NCBI GenBank assembly: GCA_020137815.1
Contig: CM035362.1
Location: 2,976,001-3,040,000, forward strand
Direction: 5' to 3'
Length of the DNA stretch: 64,000 nt
Origin: Hormiphora californensis
Lineage: Eukaryota; Animalia; Ctenophora
Shown: piece by piece, positions 57,571 to 64,000 of the stretch
Layout: the number at the start of each line of letters is the position of its first letter
How positions within the stretch are numbered: position 1 is the first letter of the stretch
Translations under genes and position numbers: made by a program
The notes under the pieces: generated by a model
Seen by the model: the letters and a program-made list of their open reading frames with translations, nothing else
Databases searched by the model: none
Told to the model about the DNA's origin: nothing

Positions 57571-60152
57571 TCACATTGTCTCTAAAAACGAGACGTAACC
57601 CGTTAGATCTGATAAACTAACACCACCTCCCTCCATCCTCTCCTTCACCACTCTAACAGGCCTCACAACCTCCCCCTCTCCTAACGTCCAACCACGTGAC
57701 GTCACGGATTCGATGACGTCATCGCGAGATGTATACCCACACATAACTCTGAGTTGTTCAACACTGATTGATTTGTATGTGGCTGAGATTTTACTGAGTG
57801 TTCGATCTTGCACTGATGCTAGGACTATCGTTTCTGGGGTGGAAAGGGGCCGGGAGGGGACAGCTAGGGGCTCGCGTAGAATGACGGATCGAGCGAGGGT
57901 CCACAGTCGTGATATGGTAGGGTCTGTTTGGTAGATGGGTGGCACTCTCATCCACAGCAGACGGGCTTGGTCTAACTCATCCTGAAAGAAATGGGGCACG
58001 ATCAAAACTCAACATTGTATAAAGTCGGTATCTCATAGTATTATAATAGGGAGATACCGCGTGGCCCAAATTAAAGGGAGGGTACGTTGGCCTTCTTTTC
58101 ACCCAGAAGTTTAATTTCAATCACTCTGATATTTTGACACAATGTCTGCATGGGTACTCATTCGAGGAATCCGAAGTTTCAAATCATAAAAGTTGAAAGT
58201 TCATTAATGAACTCAATTTTTCGTTTTTTGGGTTTTTTGAGGTTTTCTCTTGATTAAATTCGATTTCATTATATTAAAAACCGCCATACAATAGAGCAAG
58301 TATCAACAAATGGCAATCTGCATTTTTATTAAAATTGAATCAAGTTTAGTGGGTGAAATAAGTTATTTAAAGATGATATTTTTTACCAAACATCGATTTT
58401 GACCTGTTTTGACCATAAATCGGCAAATTCAGGCGCTAAAAATCTGTACGGCCACTACACTTGATCAATTTTGATGTTAGCCGGAATTTAAGCTCTCTAT
58501 CTTAAAATTCATTTTTCCGACTGGAATGAATCCTGAATGAACTTGAAAACAGGAATGCTTTTTGGAACCGGAATTTCACAGTCGCCTTCGGGTATCGATT
58601 TCCTTTCAAATGCGACTAATTTGAGCTCGATTGGACCACCTCAAGAGACACAGTGTCTAGTTATCTAACCCTAGGTTTGGTCATCTGACACCTAATGAGA
58701 CGATAGCGTCATTACTAAGTGCCAATAAGTAGGTGTAACGGTCGAGTATCACGTATCACGTCTGCTAATGAGGATGGTGTACCGATACAGCATCCGTTAA
58801 AATGTAAGCTCTCTTGCTAACACGTCATAATTTGATGGGGATCACATGACTTACCCTAGGCTTAGAAAACGGATCACTGTGATTCTTGAGGTAATCCAAT
58901 TAAGCTCAAACTGGTCCCATTCGAAAGGAAATCGATAGCCAAACAAATTTGTGAAACTTTGGTACCGAAATATGGTCCCATATTGGTGTTCATTCAATGT
59001 TCATTCGGTCGAAAAAAATGAACTTTTATCCAGAGGGCTGAAACTTCGGATTCCTCGAATGAGTAACCATGCAGACATTGTGTCAAAATATCAGAGTGAT
59101 TGAAATTACACTTCTGGGTGAAAAGAAGGCCAACGTACCCTCCCTTTAATTTGGGCCACGCGGTATATAATATGTAATGTGAGAGGCAAATGACCAATGT
59201 GTGAGAGGCCGGGTTATTGTGATATACAAGAACATAATAATATTCCGAGCGTGTACACCGCCCATACCCGACGAAAACATGTCAAAATATTGGCGATGTT
59301 CCAACTAATCTAACCTTGATAAGGTATGCTGCTAGAAGGTGCAGATAACAGTCGATTGAGGCAGGAAATGTTGTTAACTCCTCTTCTGTTGCTTCTTCTA
59401 TTAGTTTAGTTATCAGGCCTTTCTTTAGGTACGTTAAATATAGGATCTCCTAAAGAGGGAATCAGGAGTTAGATATTATAGGATCTCCTAAAGAGGGAAT
59501 CAGGAGTTAGATATTATAGGATCTCCTGGGGGCAAGGATGGGGAGTTAGATATAGGATCTCCTTGGGGCAAGGAGGGGGAGTTAGATATTATAGGATCTC
59601 CTGGGGGCAAGGAGGAGGGTTAGAAGCAAGATATAATGGGTAGGGAAGGGCATATTAGATAGATATATAGGGTTTTGATTTTCAGATAGGAGGAGGGGTA
59701 ACTTATTGTTTGGAGCATCACGAAATTACCCCTCGTAAACTAACGAGGCATCGCGGTAGTAAGGCACGTTTAAGCATGCCCGCAAGGTAGGGGTAATCTC
59801 GTTACCAAATCACGCATGACGCATGTACGATCGAGAAATGAGAATCTCGACACTCGACAGTTATGGGGTTATCAATGGGTGCTTCAACGTCAAACTGATG
59901 TATAAGAGTTGAATAGCATTCCAAACTTTGAACAACCACTGAATTCTTTAAGATCTTTTTCGGGCCAGTGAAAGTATTATAACTCTGGGTTCATTTAATT
60001 GTATACATTTAGGCCGATTTAGGACATAGTAAGGGAGACACAGTTACTAGTTAGGGCACAGTTAGGTCACAATTTCTCACCTCGGCTTCTGTATCGGGAG
60101 AGCTGTTGAGTTTCGCATTACTTCCAACAGCAGTAGTGGAGTCAACGTCCAT
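57571..60152 (-). CDS. COPS8: COP9 signalosome subunit 8 (~205 aa)
   Basis: In-phase exons 60081-60152, 59315-59449 and 57571-57981: YLHLLAAYLIK-DELDQARLLWMRVP...ISATYKSIS...GW...LTGYVSFLE, matching CSN8. Confidence 0.85.
58057..59163. mobile_element. 1.1-kb foldback-like non-autonomous element with TA flanks (Tc1/mariner-type target) in a COPS8 intron
   Basis: About 125-bp near-perfect TIRs starting CCGCGTGGCCCAAATTAAAG, TA on both sides, and a second internal inverted pair (~58595-58680 / ~58855-58940). Confidence 0.85.
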
Positions 60153-60378
60153 ACTAGGGGGTGACGGCTGCTGCAACACTACATCGCCCTATACAGTTAT
60201 GAGGGAGAGTGGTCATTTATGGGGGTATTAGGAAACCGTGATGAGCAGCAAAGATATTCATAGGGGGTTACACTTAAAACAAACACAAACTTGAAAAAAA
60301 AAACGAAATAACAACTACGCAACATAACAATAAATCCATCACAAAAAATAAATACCGGGGGCCCCGTAAACATCAATT

Positions 60379-61210
60379 CTAATCCTCAAACTTGATCTTA
60401 ATAACCTCGCCCCTAACTACCATACCCCTCGCCTCTCTCAACCTCCAATTCCCCCACTTGACATCCCTCCAAACGCTACCCAAAGTCCTGTAAACGGGGG
60501 AAACTACAAAAACATTCCCAATATTGTCACTCTTCTCCTCCTCCACGGGGGCAACTGGTTCAATCATGACGTCACAAATGACGTCATTACACCGTGTAAT
60601 GACCCGGAGAAAGTCAGTCAGGGGGAATGATCGGAGGACGGAGATAAGGGACAGGACCACCATTTGTATGATGAGGAGAGTCCCGTTGGCGAGGGTGAAA
60701 ACACAGTAGTAAAGGAGGGTGGTGGGGAAGAGAAAGAGAAGAGTGGAGAAGAGGATTGTCCCGAGGATTAGTTGGTCACCCTGCGTCTTTACTGAGTCTA
60801 CTCGGTCTCGGAGAGGGTTGTACTTGATACCAGCAAACAATCGACCTGGGGAGGGGTGCAATCAGAACTCGTTATTTAGATCACGTGACTGGTTATTAGC
60901 CAATCAGGGACCAGTATTTTCTGATTCGGTCGGTTCCTGGATTAAAGCCCGAAAAGATACCAGATAATCTTTCAAATCTAGATATCAGGATTAGATCAAG
61001 ATCAGACACTCATGGTGCACTGGTAAAGTACGAATTTGATTACTTTGTTCAAATAAAACAAGTGCGTCAAGCTGCAGATAAATATCCAAGGGCGTCAAGC
61101 TGCAGAGAAATATGTATTTACCTAGAGTGACCAGAGCACGCAATTGTGCTCGGTATAGGTTACATGCATACGCGTAGAAACACCTGAAATAGTGAGACAT
61201 TAAGAGAGAT

Positions 61211-61283
<73 letters not shown>

Positions 61284-62013
61284 GTAACGTAGCAGTGGTA
61301 TACACAGACAATACAGCTGTACTAATCATGCTTGCTAATCAACATCGGATTGCCGGGCCCTCCTTCTCTATCTCACACTGCATACCATGTTATGGTTTTT
61401 ACCATTTTTTGTTCTAACCCTCCTTCATAACAGGGCTCGGAAAGAGAAGTTCGAACAAGGCAACCAGGTTCTTTATTCTTTACCTCAGATGAAGAAGGAA
61501 GATGATGGAGAAGGATAGGAGATAAGAGAGGAAACATGTAAATCCAAGAAGACAAGTTAGGGACGTTGTATAGATTGCAATAGGGAGGTACGGCTGCAAC
61601 AAGTCTAGATAACCTGGAAATACGGTGGAGAATGTTAAAACATGGTATATACAGTTGGACCCCGATTTACCGGATTCCCGATTTACCGGGAGAATAATCT
61701 TCCCCCGAAATGGAAATTAACAGTATTTGACCCCTATTTACCGGGCAAAACCCTTTCCCCCGAGCATCCCGGTAAATCGGGGTCCGACTGTATATACCAT
61801 GTTTTAGCATTCTCCACCGTACGAGCAGTATGTTAGAAAAACAATAACAGGGAAATTCCGAATCGTGCGATTTTGTGTACCTCTAAAAAGGTAGATGTGA
61901 TACTGAAAGAAATATCCCACAAAGTTAGATAGTTCAGTGTTAAGTTTTAGTCCAGCAGGGGCTTCTTCTAGCCAGGATATAGTTTCATCCAACATGTTGG
62001 CTAACACAACAGC
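60379..62013 (-). CDS. PIGQ: GPI-GlcNAc transferase subunit Q (3' part; 5' exons not resolved)
   Basis: Exons 61881-62013 (WLEEAPAGLKLNTELSNFVG), 61484-61613, 61122-61183 and 60379-60845 (RLFAGIKYNPLRDRVDS; QLILGTILFSTLLFLFPT). Confidence 0.9.
60859..60939 (+). mobile_element. Partial 109-bp MITE in a PIGQ intron
   Basis: Core plus right TIR. Confidence 0.8.
61652..61790. mobile_element. 139-bp Tc1/pogo-type MITE
   Basis: TIR CAGT(T/C)GGACCCCGATTTACCGG with TA flanks; a shorter relative lies at ~43715-43776. Confidence 0.8.
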
Positions 62014-62784
62014 CTGAAAACGGTGAATGGTGAAGAAATAAATTGTAGTTGGGGGGGGGGGTGGCTAGGGGGGTGGTTTAGGGGGGGTTGGGGGGGTAAA
62101 CACTCCTAGAAAATGGTTAGAAACATTGATTAGTGACGTAAAGGGAGGGGGAAATGCTCCGAGAAGGGGAATGGTTATTAAATGTTTTACAACCAGGGAG
62201 ACGGAGGACGAGAGGAGAGGGAGAGCAGAGAGAAGAGAGAGAGGAGAGACTGTTTGTCACGATCTTCGCTCGAGATCGCGTGCTCTGCTCTCGTCTTCGT
62301 CTCGCAGCTCTCTCTTCGCTCGCGCCCGCTCTCTCTTCGTCGCTCCCCTCTCCTACTCTCGTCTCGTTCATCGCTCTCTGCTCTCTCTCTCCTTCTCATC
62401 TCTCTCGCCGTCTCTCTCTCTCTCTCCTTCTCTCTTCTCTTGCCTCCTCTCTCTCCTCTCTTCTCTCTGCTCTCTGGGATTCTCGTGTCTCGTGTATGAA
62501 CTAGTAATATGTCGTGTGACGTGGTCACTTTACCAAATGAGTGTAATGTAAGAGTGTGGCAGTGGTGTCGCATATTACACATTATATTGCAAAAATGAGG
62601 CACAAATGTAACATTACATAAAGGTGAATTGTGAAACATATAAGAACGAAGAATGAAATTGAATTGGGCATAATATACAATGTAGAAAAGGGGTGGTGGA
62701 GATATATTTTCTCATTACTTTCAGGAAAATGGGGAAGTACACACACAAAGTAAACACGCAGCACCGTGCATTCAATAACAGCTG

Positions 62785-62854
<70 letters not shown>

Positions 62855-63062
62855 GATAGAGAGAGAAGGAAAGAGAGAATGTACACGCATACATACACAC
62901 AGTCGGACAAAGGGACTCACAGGAGAAACCCACCCAGCACATTATCGTTGCATCATTATTCATTATCCTCCCTGATGCAGTACTAGAGCTAGGAAAGGGT
63001 AGTAGATCGAGGACTTACTAATAACTAATTTGTGTGCTTGGGCGGGGGGAGAAGGATAATGC

Positions 63063-63122
<60 letters not shown>

Positions 63123-63568
63123 AACATGAACGTGGGAGCCGGAGCCTCCCTCTGGGAGAAACCATGTTGCCAACATGATGTTGGGGAGCATTTAAAGTAT
63201 GATTCTCAAGGCGATATATAACGAGCGTTGTTCACGAAATGTACATATAAATTACCAAATAACCATGAAATAATCACATCAATTTACCATGGTATGTAGG
63301 AGTGTAGAAAGAGCCTCAATATCAACTGCACTCCACAGAAAGACAAACAGAACCACCCCAACAGCAATATCAACCACCCTGTTTAGAAGGGGCATCCGGG
63401 GGAACACTTGACTTCTAAACCAACCTAAAATCAGCGGGTGTTAAAATTGAAACGATTGGTTTATATATAACCTCGACCAAAACGCGGAGTTTTTACGTCA
63501 GCCGACCCGAAACCGGATTAAATTTGGCCACCCGCTTGTCTCAGGGCCTCAAAATATGTCAAAATATA

Positions 63569-63933
63569 TTTAAATTATCATTTGGGGTCATTTAGACCTT
63601 TTAATTACATGTAATTACCCTTTAATTACATGTAATTACCCTTTAATTACATGTAATTACTTCCAATTACATTCCAATTACTTCAGCACCTCGAGAGCTT
63701 TCGAACGCACCCTAGAACACCTTTCTACTCCTTCCAATTGCTCCAAATACGTCAAAGTATGTTTAAATTATCATTCTGGGTCATTTAGACCTTTTAATTA
63801 CATGTAATTACCCTTTAATTACATGTAATTACATTTTAATTACATGTAATTACTTCCAATTACATTCCAATTACTTCAGTACCTCGAGAGCTTTCGAACG
63901 CACCCTAGAACACCTTTCTACTCCTTCTAATTG
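63569..63933. repeat. ~190-bp tandem duplication with TAATTACATGTAATTA palindromic subrepeats
   Basis: Two near-identical blocks visible directly. Confidence 0.8.
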
Positions 63934-64000
63934 CCGAGTTCTGTATACCCCTTATTTTGACTGTTTTTCGCGTCCTACCCCTTATAGGTTTGGGTTTGGC

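Overview
Eukaryotic (animal) genomic DNA, intron-rich and packed with (AG)n microsatellites and short non-autonomous DNA transposons. The repeat content looks to me like a ctenophore, Pleurobrachia-like, but that is recollection and not verified. About ten protein-coding genes can be assembled by hand from GT-AG exons: RBFOX-like (-), a UAP56-binding-motif RGG protein (-), an intronless DH-PH RhoGEF (-), SPPL2 (+), RPA3 (+), integrin beta (-) with an intronless SDR nested in one intron, Tousled-like kinase (-), COPS8 (-) and the 3' part of PIGQ (-). Most notable: (1) two related short TIR elements each carrying a complete tRNA-derived Pol III cassette, one Asp-like and one Val-like; (2) a triple-nested transposon stack in a TLK intron; (3) an in-frame acceptor that could splice the integrin ectodomain onto the nested SDR; (4) a non-canonical integrin tail with a duplicated acceptor; (5) a RhoGEF with C-terminal membrane anchors; (6) a 109-bp MITE carrying CCAAT/E-box motifs that sits next to exon boundaries. 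Several 1-bp frameshifts and three garbled stretches look like draft-assembly errors.
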